51,604 bases of DNA from Candidatus Nomurabacteria bacterium (GCA_023267435.1 JAHFNH010000005.1:1-51604); one strand, 5' to 3'; positions 17,301 through 24,273 are shown, counted from the stretch's first letter. Numbers and translations are program-made. Notes: generated from the letters alone by a model not told the origin.

Positions 17301-20300
17301 AAAAGGAGATTTGATTCTAGGTAATGGTGTGAATAGCACTGCAAGATTGCCAGTCGGTGGAACGAATGGAACTGTCTTAACAGTTGATTCAACACAAGCG
17401 ACAGGTGTGAAATGGGCAACAATTGCTTCAAGTTTAGGTAATGTTCTAGATTTTTCAGAACTTAAAGATGCCTTGACTCTTGATGCAAATACTTCCATAG
17501 CATTAGCTGGTAAAAATTTAAGTGTTACAGATACTGGTGCTGGAAATATTAGTCTCACTGCTGGTGGTGCAATAAGTCTCACTGCTGGTGCAGCTTCAGC
17601 TTTCTCAACTACATCCGGTGGTATTTCTCTTCAGCCAGCTGGTGCTGGTACTTCTGTTGTACAAATCGGTGCTGGTGGTGCAGGTTCAACCACACCAGAT
17701 TATTTAGCTCTCGATGTTAAATCATCAACCAGTGATCCGGCAGGAGGCGCAGAAGGATATATGTATTACAATACTTTTGATAATAAATTCCGCTGTTATG
17801 AAAATGCCGGATGGAAAGATTGCGATACGACAGGTGGCACGGTTACTTTGCAATCTGCGTATGACGCCGGCCAATCCATAAATCTAACTAGCGGTGCCTT
17901 AGCAATCTCTGGCGCCGGCGCAGTTAATTTAACTCCAACATCAGCATCATCATTTATTTCAGGCGGAGCATTAACTTTCACTGCAGGCGCAGCTTCAACT
18001 TGGTCTACAAGTTCCGGAGCTTTAACTCTTGATTCAGCTACTGCACTTAATCTCGGTACGACGAATGCAACGAGTGTATCGATTGGTAAGACGGGTACCG
18101 TAGCGACTGTAAACGGTTCACTGACAATTCCAAATTATATTGATTACACCAGTACTAGTTTGCCTGCGTACGCAGAGGGTAGAGTATTTTATGATTCCAC
18201 AGATCATGCTTTAGCGTATTACAACGATGTCAATGGTATTAGAATGAATATTGGCAGACAGTTATGGTTACGCGTAAAAAATACAACTGGAGTAACAATC
18301 TCTGCTGGTAAGGCGGTTTACTTAAATGGTACAGATGGAACATTTCCAACTGTCGCCTTAGCTAAAGCAGATAGCTTATCAACTTCTCAAGTCGCTGGTA
18401 TTACGACAGCCGATATCACAGACGGATCTTATGGATACGCTACACTTAAGGGACTAATTCCTGATTTGGATACTTCATCATTCACGACTGGAGACACTAT
18501 TTATTTGTCAGCAACTACTGCTGGGGCACTCACAATCACAAAACCAGCAGCTCCAAATTATTCAATGCCTTTAGGTATTATTGAAAAAGGTTCAGACGCG
18601 ATAACTGGAAGTATCGAAGCTAATATTGCTGCTCCTACTGCTGGATCATTTACAGCAGGTTCATTATCTTTTGGTGGGACAGATGGCTTAACAACTCAAG
18701 ATAATACAAATCTATTTTGGAATAATAGTAGTAAGAGATTGGGAATAGGAGATAATGCTCCGGGATCAACATTTACTATTGGTAATGGCACACCTGGTAG
18801 TAATAAGTTTTCTGTTGATGGTGCGACAGGAAACGTTGTCACAGCTGGAACTTTGTCTGTGAATGGTGGAATAATTAATACAAACACTGCTTTTACAATT
18901 AATTCATCTGGTGCAAATGCTTTGACTTTGGATTCTACTACTACCGGTACAGTTAATTTAGGTACCAGTAATAATGCTAAGACCATCAACATCGGTACAG
19001 GTACAGCCGGTGATGCGATAAACATTGGAACAAACAATACTACTGCTGATACTATCTCTATCGGTTCTGCATTAGATACATTTTCTCTTTCTTCAACTGG
19101 ATTGAAAGTTTCTTCTGCTGGCGCTCTTACAGGAGTCGCTTCGGTAAACAAAGTTGCTATCACTGCGCCGGCAACAGGTTCGACACTGACCATTGCCGAC
19201 GGTAAAACTCTAACTTCTTCAAATACGCTTACTTTTGCAGGTACAGACGGATCAACACTCAACATCGCTACAGGTGGAACACTGGGAACTGCTGCGTTCA
19301 CTAATACCGGTGCATATGAAGTACCGCTTACTTTTTCTACTGGACTTACAAGATCAGTTAATACTGTCACAGTAAACACAACTCAAAATATCGCTAAGCT
19401 TTCCAATTTGACTTCTAATGGATTTGTAAAAACAAGTGGTGGAGATGGAACTCTTTCTGTTGATACGAGCACATACCTTACCTCTGAAGCTGACACTCTT
19501 GCTTCTGTCACTGGACGAGGTGCGACGACATCAAGTAATATTTCAACCACCGGTACCGGTACTATTACTTCTGCCGGATTGTTGACAGGTAGTGCTGGAC
19601 TTACTATAACTGGTGGAACTGCAAATCTTAACATAACAGGAACTTCGAATACTGCTATCGGTAATTCTACCGGAACATTTAGTTTGATTTCAAGTGGTGG
19701 ATTGAATGTTACAACTGCAGGTGCACTTACTGGTGTTGCTTCAGTTAATGCTAATGCAGTAGATCAGTCGATAACTATTGGAAACGGTACCGGTGTCTCC
19801 GCTCTTACTTTTAATTCTGGTACAGGAGCTATTAATATAGGCACTAATGCTATTGCTCATAATATCAGTATTGGTAATCAAACTGGTACTTCTGCTTTGA
19901 CTCTTGATTCTGGAACAGGAACTATAGCAATAGGAACAGGAGCGCAAGCAAGAACTGTAAACATTGCGAATGGCGGTGCTGTACAGACAGTTACTTTAGG
20001 TTCGACAAATAGTACCAGTGCTTTGACTTTGCAAGCAGGAACAGGAGGATTGAGTATTCAAACCCAAGGTACTGGAGTATTGGGTATTGGTAATAATGCA
20101 GTCGCTCAGACTATTACTATTGGTAATACATCAGGTACAGCAACCGTGACAACTGCGGTAAATATTACAGCTGGTGCTGGTACGACTACTGGAGGCATAA
20201 GAATGACTGGACATATATTAACAGCAGGCACAATACCGACACAACTCCAAAGTGCTGGTACTGCCACGGTTTCAACTGGTTCTACTGATTTTGCTGGTGT

Positions 20301-21531
20301 CGTTACTTCTTCAACTACTTCGCATACTTTTGTGGGTATTACTTTTAGTCATGCTTTTGCTAATGCACCATTTTGTACATTTTCTCCAGAGAATGCTGCA
20401 GCAGCACTTATTTTGCGTACCAGTCCCGGAGCTTACATGACAGAAACAACAACTAATATGAAAATAACCTTTCCAGCAGATATAACCGCCTCTGCTTGGT
20501 CATATCATTGTGTTGGTTATGGCGGAGCGGACTTAGCGGAAATATATTATACAAATGATACCAATGTATCACCTGGCACTGTCGTAACAATGGATTCAAC
20601 TTTGGGTGCCGGAGTAAAGAAATCTACTTCAGCTTATGATCCTAGTTTGATGGGAGTTGTTTCAACAGAACCCGGCTTAGTGCTTGGAGATAAAGCACCA
20701 GTGATTGGTGATGGTCCGACACCTGTGTTCTTAGCTTTGTCTGGACGCGTACCTGTCAATGTATCTGTAGAGAATGGAACGATTGTTGCTGGTGATTATT
20801 TGACTAGTTCATCAACACCTGGAGTAGCAATGAAGGCGACTGGAAACGGTATGATTGTTGGTCAAGCTCTAACTTCATTTGATGGAACCGGTAGCAATCA
20901 AGTTGTGATGTTTATAAAAAATACATATTCACAAGGACAGTTTTCTGTGAATGAACAGCAAGTATTGCTTGGTGACATTTCAACCACTGAAGGTCTCACA
21001 ACTCTTGTCGCTGATGTTCAAGCAGAAGTTGCGCATAATCCTATTGCAATATTAAATGCGAAAGTTACTGCTGGTACAAAAGTTTTGACTGACTTTATTA
21101 CAGCTCGTGTCACAGCTATTCGTGGATACTTTGATGAAATATTCACTAACACTTCTCACCAAAAGACATTATGTGTAGGGGATACAGGTAATGAAACATG
21201 TATTACCAAAGCACAGCTTGATCAGCTTCTACAAAATCAGACAGCTGGTGCTGGAGGTTCAACAGGTAGTGGAAGTACTGGTTCAGGTAGTTCTGGTGGT
21301 ACAGGAACAGGTTTGACAGGTCCAGATGGTACAGGAACGGGAACCACAACTCCTCCTGTGTGTACTTCACCTCAGGTGTTGGATACAACAACAAACACAT
21401 GTGTAGATCCAGCACCAACTCCAGACCCTACTCCAACCCCAGATCCAACCCCAACAGTTACTTGTGCCGATCCTCAAGTGCTTGACTCTGTGACAAACAC
21501 TTGTGTAGACCCAGCACCGGTGGCTCCATAA
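11302..21531 (+). CDS. giant (3409 aa) secreted repetitive fibre/adhesin-like protein with phage-tail-fibre-type motifs
   Basis: Uninterrupted 10.2-kb ORF. N-terminal signal peptide or anchor (MKKIFPYIFSIFIFSLSFFNGSSFLLAA from ATG 11320). Motifs: AARGNLGLG, G(L/Y)LSSSDWTxFNxK x2, HNDLGGLQGG..EYYHLT, QGGTG(A/Q)TTA x2, and Gly/Ala/Thr/Ser-rich beta-helix-like repeats. C-terminal ADLAEIYY...PVFLALSGRVPVNV...GDYLTSSSTPGVAMKA module. Confidence 0.9.
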   Translation: MYSTKYMKKIFPYIFSIFIFSLSFFNGSSFLLAAYPATPYAPGETLAPTCAPGSSNCTVDAPITSLNGLTGLSQTFAIGTSGTDFNIDSTGTIHTFNIPDSSATNRGLLTSSDWTNFNSKLAAASNLADLTSVVAARGNLGLGNVEDTALSTWAGSTVLTTLGAIITTDANALKISPNGVLAGNTGELRFNELAANGTNYTGFKAPDSLAANVIYTLPSADGTGGQVLKTNGTGGLSFGDLSTDNLIYPNINNAEGFTHIFSDVASSGWISGGEITDVGGGDVDVAAGEGLIRSLNDPEAQLLYISWPVATSLNVPLNTTRYFVVNYNAGSPVVNILTSEPSDLQTNIFLGEVHNVGGVLDVHSAPRAINDFAKRMTDWSSDIIGNRVASGEVVTDPTFPSRKIAVSSGVVWTKNLSNITTPAFNSNASDTFVNYYRDSFGGWIRETGQTDWENTKWDNNSGTLQTMTPGYYANRWVVRGINGQISILYGQAEYSTQLAAQNESAPTQRPEEFNEDGYYISQLVFQKSAASSDLTISIKPIIGGIAGTSGSSNHNDLGGLQGGTVNEYYHLTAAEHVIATQVATALQSGYLSSSDWTTFNNKAGSGANNDITSLSGLTTALSVGQGGTGATTANGAFNNLIPSQATNSGKFLTTNGTNTSWATAVTSESDPLALKISNNLSDILSASSARANLSAAASGANTDITSLNPAGALTVDSTAALNLGTTNATSVSIGNSSTTTTVNGSLAVSKYIDFTPTIEPSYMEGRVYYDSNDHALSFDTDINGTDMSIGQTVMARVKNITGATILKGKVVYVSGSDGAGFSTIALAKADSFSTSQVIGIVVTDITTGSYGYVTFIGHVHDLDTSAFSAGDIVYLSSTTAGGLTTIKPFSPNYSMPVGIVQISNAITGIIEAHTTSVTVGAFTTGSVAFGNTDGFTTQDNTNFFWNNTTKRLGIGDNTPSKTFTIGNGTPGSNMFGVDGSTGDVATQGNINAVGNITLTTGGGSVSATGGGLALSGAGASSLTTSSGGLTLTGAAASALSTTSGALTLTSASGATWGTSTGNLLLQAASAGAASVIIGSGAGSATPDTLVLDIKNDNATDPSGSAGAMYYNSSSNKFRCYENGIWIDCISIDNDTLSSLLAAASGSTINNGDNAQNWNWALTTADKAGLNFGENTPSTATGLSAVLKASTLVTSTAMPLYVSNLGDGNSFRVDDEPSDMTPFLIDKDGNVAIGADSFDPTNPERLKVVMPSGSTSFNVISGEGDVNNYLQLNIHNANAGDTASSDLVATSDLGNENVGYIDLGINSSNYNVPALSIVGPNDTYLYASGGLASGGNLAIGTADTGTALKFHTGGTTSADERMRITDDGLGNPLVGIGTTAPGSALDVKGELRLSGSTSGFVGFTTNVAAGSTTYTLPNTDGGIGDALTTNGAGVLSWVQPTGVWQRVATTVSPTTAGDNITTSGNIYTSGTGAVTSAGLLTANAGLAVTGADVNLNASSNNNTNINTGTSTGSISIGNNSAGAIGITSGTGLTLIGGAASSFSTTAGSITFQPAGTGISSAVQIGTSTAKATPDMLVLDAGNTDPVSGTIGGMYYNTVSNKYRCYIGASWANCADNGSGLDLQNVYGNGSSISTSGTDIALTLNTTDQFTVTGAGAVNLTPTSASSFTSAGALTFTAGAASDWGTSNGDLVLHANGSATGGVHIGSDGVPSATPDLLSLDIKSLASGVSDPAGDNGDMYFNEALSSFRCYEGSGWQDCGASVASATTLQQAYTSNPTITTASSTNLALILSSGNFTASGTGSVLLTPTGASSFTSAGALTFTAGAASTWSTSSGALTLDSAAALNFGTTNATSVSIGKTGVTTTNNGSLTSTQTLTASNGLTQTTGALNLTATSGALNLSGLGVSVIDTGANSLSLVGGPINLNSTGTGSTNIGNLTGSVNLTGSVNLTGSVNLTGLTASKAVFTDASKNLTSTGTVAIAQGGTGQTTASSSFNALSPVTAKGDLILGNGVNSTARLPVGGTNGTVLTVDSTQATGVKWATIASSLGNVLDFSELKDALTLDANTSIALAGKNLSVTDTGAGNISLTAGGAISLTAGAASAFSTTSGGISLQPAGAGTSVVQIGAGGAGSTTPDYLALDVKSSTSDPAGGAEGYMYYNTFDNKFRCYENAGWKDCDTTGGTVTLQSAYDAGQSINLTSGALAISGAGAVNLTPTSASSFISGGALTFTAGAASTWSTSSGALTLDSATALNLGTTNATSVSIGKTGTVATVNGSLTIPNYIDYTSTSLPAYAEGRVFYDSTDHALAYYNDVNGIRMNIGRQLWLRVKNTTGVTISAGKAVYLNGTDGTFPTVALAKADSLSTSQVAGITTADITDGSYGYATLKGLIPDLDTSSFTTGDTIYLSATTAGALTITKPAAPNYSMPLGIIEKGSDAITGSIEANIAAPTAGSFTAGSLSFGGTDGLTTQDNTNLFWNNSSKRLGIGDNAPGSTFTIGNGTPGSNKFSVDGATGNVVTAGTLSVNGGIINTNTAFTINSSGANALTLDSTTTGTVNLGTSNNAKTINIGTGTAGDAINIGTNNTTADTISIGSALDTFSLSSTGLKVSSAGALTGVASVNKVAITAPATGSTLTIADGKTLTSSNTLTFAGTDGSTLNIATGGTLGTAAFTNTGAYEVPLTFSTGLTRSVNTVTVNTTQNIAKLSNLTSNGFVKTSGGDGTLSVDTSTYLTSEADTLASVTGRGATTSSNISTTGTGTITSAGLLTGSAGLTITGGTANLNITGTSNTAIGNSTGTFSLISSGGLNVTTAGALTGVASVNANAVDQSITIGNGTGVSALTFNSGTGAINIGTNAIAHNISIGNQTGTSALTLDSGTGTIAIGTGAQARTVNIANGGAVQTVTLGSTNSTSALTLQAGTGGLSIQTQGTGVLGIGNNAVAQTITIGNTSGTATVTTAVNITAGAGTTTGGIRMTGHILTAGTIPTQLQSAGTATVSTGSTDFAGVVTSSTTSHTFVGITFSHAFANAPFCTFSPENAAAALILRTSPGAYMTETTTNMKITFPADITASAWSYHCVGYGGADLAEIYYTNDTNVSPGTVVTMDSTLGAGVKKSTSAYDPSLMGVVSTEPGLVLGDKAPVIGDGPTPVFLALSGRVPVNVSVENGTIVAGDYLTSSSTPGVAMKATGNGMIVGQALTSFDGTGSNQVVMFIKNTYSQGQFSVNEQQVLLGDISTTEGLTTLVADVQAEVAHNPIAILNAKVTAGTKVLTDFITARVTAIRGYFDEIFTNTSHQKTLCVGDTGNETCITKAQLDQLLQNQTAGAGGSTGSGSTGSGSSGGTGTGLTGPDGTGTGTTTPPVCTSPQVLDTTTNTCVDPAPTPDPTPTPDPTPTVTCADPQVLDSVTNTCVDPAPVAP
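13435..14271 (+). repeat. intragenic ~279-aa module, copy 1
   Basis: Collinear with 18019-18855 (ALTxDSxxALNLGTTNATSVSIG ... KRLGIGDNxPxxTFTIGNGTPGSN). Roughly 55-60% amino-acid identity by eye. Confidence 0.85.
17101..17167 (+). repeat. perfect 18-bp tandem repeat x3.7 (NLTGSV)n
   Basis: aatcttactggttctgta is repeated at 17101, 17119 and 17137, with a partial unit at 17155-17167. Confidence 0.95.
18019..18855 (+). repeat. intragenic ~279-aa module, copy 2
   Basis: See copy 1 at 13435-14271. Confidence 0.85.
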
Positions 21532-21577
21532 TTAGAAATATGATAATATTAGTAACATTAAAAATAATTTAAAATAT

Positions 21578-22009
21578 ATGCAATATTTAAACAAAAAAAC
21601 ATTAATAGCATTAGTAGCAGTCATTATTCTTTTAGTTGGTTATGGCGGTGCGTTTTATTATTACCGTCAATATAAACAAGTAACTAGAGATCCTAACGCT
21701 GTTGCAAAAAAAGAAACAGCTGACCTTGTAGCTACAGTTAGTAAATTAATTTTACTTCCAACAGGCGAGTCTCCAGCTGTCGCAACTATTCAAGACAAAG
21801 AAAAGTTATCAGCAGAACCATTTTTTGCTAATGCATTAAATGGTGACAAAGTCCTTATTTATTACGCTGCTAAAAAAGCATTCTTATACCGCCCTTCAAC
21901 AAACAAAATCATAGAAGCTGCACCACTTTCTACCCAGCAAACTGCTAGTACAATAGCTCCTACAATCGAAAGTACAGCTACAACACCAGTAAAACCAGCC
22001 AAGAAATAA
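21578..22009 (+). CDS. small membrane-anchored protein
   Basis: 143-aa ORF with one N-terminal TM helix (LIALVAVIILLVGYGGAFYYY). It starts 46 nt after the giant gene with no intervening terminator. Confidence 0.75.
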   Translation: MQYLNKKTLIALVAVIILLVGYGGAFYYYRQYKQVTRDPNAVAKKETADLVATVSKLILLPTGESPAVATIQDKEKLSAEPFFANALNGDKVLIYYAAKKAFLYRPSTNKIIEAAPLSTQQTASTIAPTIESTATTPVKPAKK

Positions 22010-22041
22010 TTTCTTAGGGTTTGCGGTATAGTTAAGTTTTT

Positions 22042-23502
22042 ATGCCAAAAAATAATTCTTTATTAATTCTAATATGTTTTATTTTTACTTTGGGCATATT
22101 AATACCTAATTATCTTTTTGCTTCTAATACTGATGGAACAATTGATTCCACTTCTAAATATGCCTGGGGCGAGAATATCGGCTGGGTTAATTTTGGTTTG
22201 ATTGCCAACGGAAATGTGCACGTTACAGATGTCGGACTGACAGGTTATGCTTGGAATGAAAGATATGGCTGGATAAATTTAAATGCCAATGGTACCGCTA
22301 CGGGGCATGTGACAAATGACGGAGAGGGAACTTTAGGTGGCAATGCTTGGGGGGAAAAATTAGGCTGGATAAATTTTACTGGAGTAACGATTAATTCTAG
22401 TGGAGATTTTTCAGGTTATGCGACTATTGTTTCTGATAGTAGTAAAATAAGTTTTAATTGTTTGAATACAAGTTCGTGTGGATCTTCTAATTTTAAAATA
22501 AATACAGATTGGCGACCAATCAGCACAAGGGGAGCTGTAACTTGTACTTCTTGGACATACTCCAGTTTTAGTAGTTGTTCAGGTGGTTCGCAATCTAGAA
22601 CCATTATTTCTTCATCTCCATCTGGGTGTACCGGTGGCAGTCCTGTCTTAACTCAAAGCTGTGTTATTGTCGGAGGTGGCGGTGGAGGAGGCGGGGGTGG
22701 TTCTTATACTCCACCAATAATAACACCACCGACTGTTTCAACAAATCCAGTTGGCTGTACTTTAGTTACTTTGTTTAGTCCTATCACAGGTCAAGCTTGT
22801 CAAACTATTACAAATCCAGTTGGTTGTACACTGGTTACATTATTTAGTCCCGTTACTGGCCAGGCTTGTCTAAATCAAAATATTACAACTGGGGGAACAA
22901 CACAAGTTACATCTGGTGGCGGATCGATTGTTTTAAAACCAGCTATCAGTCTTTTAACAAAAACTCTCCGTCTCGGTTCTATCGATAAAGATGTAAATGT
23001 TTTGCAGAAATTTTTAAATCTAAATAATTTTTATGTTGCCAGAGCTGGCGTAGGTTCGTTCGGCAAGGAAACAAATATTTTTGCTGGTCTGACGCAAAAA
23101 GCTTTGATTAGTTTTCAAAATACCTATAGTCTTAAATCAGAACTCGGTTTTGTCAGTACAAAGACCAGAAAATTCATTAATGATTTGTTTGTAAAAAAGC
23201 CAGTGGTGGTTGTACAACCTACAACTCAACCTTCAGTTACTTGTCCTTATTTTACAAAAAATCTTAAGAAAGGTTCTAATGATGTTGAAGTTTTGAAAGT
23301 GCAGGCATTTCTGAAAGATCAAGGTTTATTCAGTGTCACATCAGTCAAATATTTTGGAGTGGCTACAGATAAAGCAGTAAGGGATTTCCAAGCTAAATAT
23401 AAAGCTGAGATTTTAACTCCGGCTAATATTAAAAATCCGACAGGTCTTTGGTATGCTAGTACCATAAAACAAGCTAATAAGTTGATGGGTTGTTCTAATT
23501 AA
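22042..23502 (+). CDS. secreted protein: 3x AWxExxGWINF repeats, Cys-rich modules, two peptidoglycan-binding-like domains
   Basis: Signal peptide. Repeats YAWGENIGWVNF / YAWNERYGWINL / NAWGEKLGWINF. CTSWTYSSFSSCSGGSQSRT..C module. Tandem NPVGCTLVTLFSP(I/V)TGQAC x2. Two LxxGxxxxxVxxLQxFL-type PG_binding_1-like segments. Confidence 0.85.
   Translation: MPKNNSLLILICFIFTLGILIPNYLFASNTDGTIDSTSKYAWGENIGWVNFGLIANGNVHVTDVGLTGYAWNERYGWINLNANGTATGHVTNDGEGTLGGNAWGEKLGWINFTGVTINSSGDFSGYATIVSDSSKISFNCLNTSSCGSSNFKINTDWRPISTRGAVTCTSWTYSSFSSCSGGSQSRTIISSSPSGCTGGSPVLTQSCVIVGGGGGGGGGGSYTPPIITPPTVSTNPVGCTLVTLFSPITGQACQTITNPVGCTLVTLFSPVTGQACLNQNITTGGTTQVTSGGGSIVLKPAISLLTKTLRLGSIDKDVNVLQKFLNLNNFYVARAGVGSFGKETNIFAGLTQKALISFQNTYSLKSELGFVSTKTRKFINDLFVKKPVVVVQPTTQPSVTCPYFTKNLKKGSNDVEVLKVQAFLKDQGLFSVTSVKYFGVATDKAVRDFQAKYKAEILTPANIKNPTGLWYASTIKQANKLMGCSN
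22741..22878 (+). repeat. 69-bp tandem duplication (23-aa Cys-loop unit x2)
   Basis: acaaatccagttgg.. begins at 22741 and again at 22810. Confidence 0.9.
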
Positions 23503-23520
23503 AAGCAGATAGATAAGTTA

Positions 23521-23560
23521 TATCGGACATTATTAAAAAATAATGTCCGATAGTTTTTTA
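23521..23560 (+). terminator. strong intrinsic terminator ending the giant-gene unit
   Basis: 12-bp stem tatcggacatta/taatgtccgata followed by gtttttt. Confidence 0.85.
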
Positions 23561-23576
23561 CAGCAGACTTTATAAT

Positions 23577-23605
23577 TTGACAAATTAAGGTGATTATGCT
23601 ATCAT
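23577..23605 (+). promoter_or_regulatory. promoter TTGACA-N17-TATCAT
   Basis: TTGACA at 23577-23582 and TATCAT at 23600-23605. Confidence 0.6.
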
Positions 23606-23665
23606 TACTTTCATAAGTTCTTTATTTATAGCCCAATAAATGTTTAACACTTAAACTCCAATCTT

Positions 23666-24007
23666 ATGAAAGCAATTATGATCTCCGCGAGCAAATTCCT
23701 GGTAAACACATTAAGTGGACCAGAAGAAAGTAAATTAAGCAATAAAATTATTTCCATAAGTGTAACAAAAACTCATTCATTTCCTAAAAACAGCGGGGGA
23801 ATTATCGAGAATGTCCCTAATTATGAATTTCGTAGTTTAAAAGATTGGAATAATGCATTGAGAGGAGGAAGTGAAGCGTTTAAATTAGAATCTAAGCCAG
23901 TATTGCTTGATTGCTACAACATGCTTCGCGATGCTATTGATGGTGATTCTGAACCTGTGCAACCCCTTATTGAAAACCCCGGACAAATTTCGGAGCATGA
24001 ATGTTAA
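23666..24007 (+). CDS. hypothetical protein (113 aa)
   Basis: ORF bracketed by its own promoter and terminator. No recognisable motif. Confidence 0.6.
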   Translation: MKAIMISASKFLVNTLSGPEESKLSNKIISISVTKTHSFPKNSGGIIENVPNYEFRSLKDWNNALRGGSEAFKLESKPVLLDCYNMLRDAIDGDSEPVQPLIENPGQISEHEC

Positions 24008-24019
24008 ACATTTTATCTA

Positions 24020-24059
24020 AAAGCCCTGCAACTAATATTAAAGTTGCAGGGCTTTTTTG
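24020..24059 (+). terminator. intrinsic terminator
   Basis: 12-bp stem agccctgcaact/agttgcagggct followed by a T-run. Confidence 0.85.
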
Positions 24060-24066
24060 TTTGAAT

Positions 24067-24094
24067 TTGACAAAAGAATCATTTCGAGTATACT
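24067..24094 (+). promoter_or_regulatory. promoter TTGACA-N16-TATACT upstream of rpoB
   Basis: TTGACA at 24067-24072 and TATACT at 24089-24094. Implies a leader of ~170 nt. Confidence 0.6.
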
Positions 24095-24273
24095 GTAGGG
24101 GATTGATCGATTGAGTTTCGGATGTACTCCAATCTGTTTTTATTACAAGAGCCTTATAGGCATTAATAATCAGTGTCCGAACTAAATAAATAATAGGCCA
24201 ACAAATATTATTCCTGTCTTTAAACAGGAAATTTTGGTCCCTTTGTTTTTATTTTTCGGAATTTTATAAACGC

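Noticed and set aside
13435-18855. The duplicated module, considered as a diversity-generating retroelement TR/VR pair.
   Set aside because: By eye, differences between the copies involve all base types rather than adenine-specific changes. Both copies are coding. No reverse transcriptase gene is present in the window.
11580-21418. About 20 tracked antisense or alternative-frame ORFs (60-227 aa) inside the giant gene.
   Set aside because: All lie within or opposite a continuous 10.2-kb ORF made of Gly/Ala/Thr/Ser-rich repeats. Such codon composition keeps the other frames open by chance. Their products are low-complexity Pro/Val/Ala strings with no start-site signals.
11302-23502. The giant tail-fibre-like gene, considered as part of a prophage or tailocin.
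   Set aside because: No capsid, terminase, portal, sheath/tube, baseplate, lysis or integrase genes were recognised on either side. The flanking genes encode ordinary membrane or secreted proteins and rpoB.
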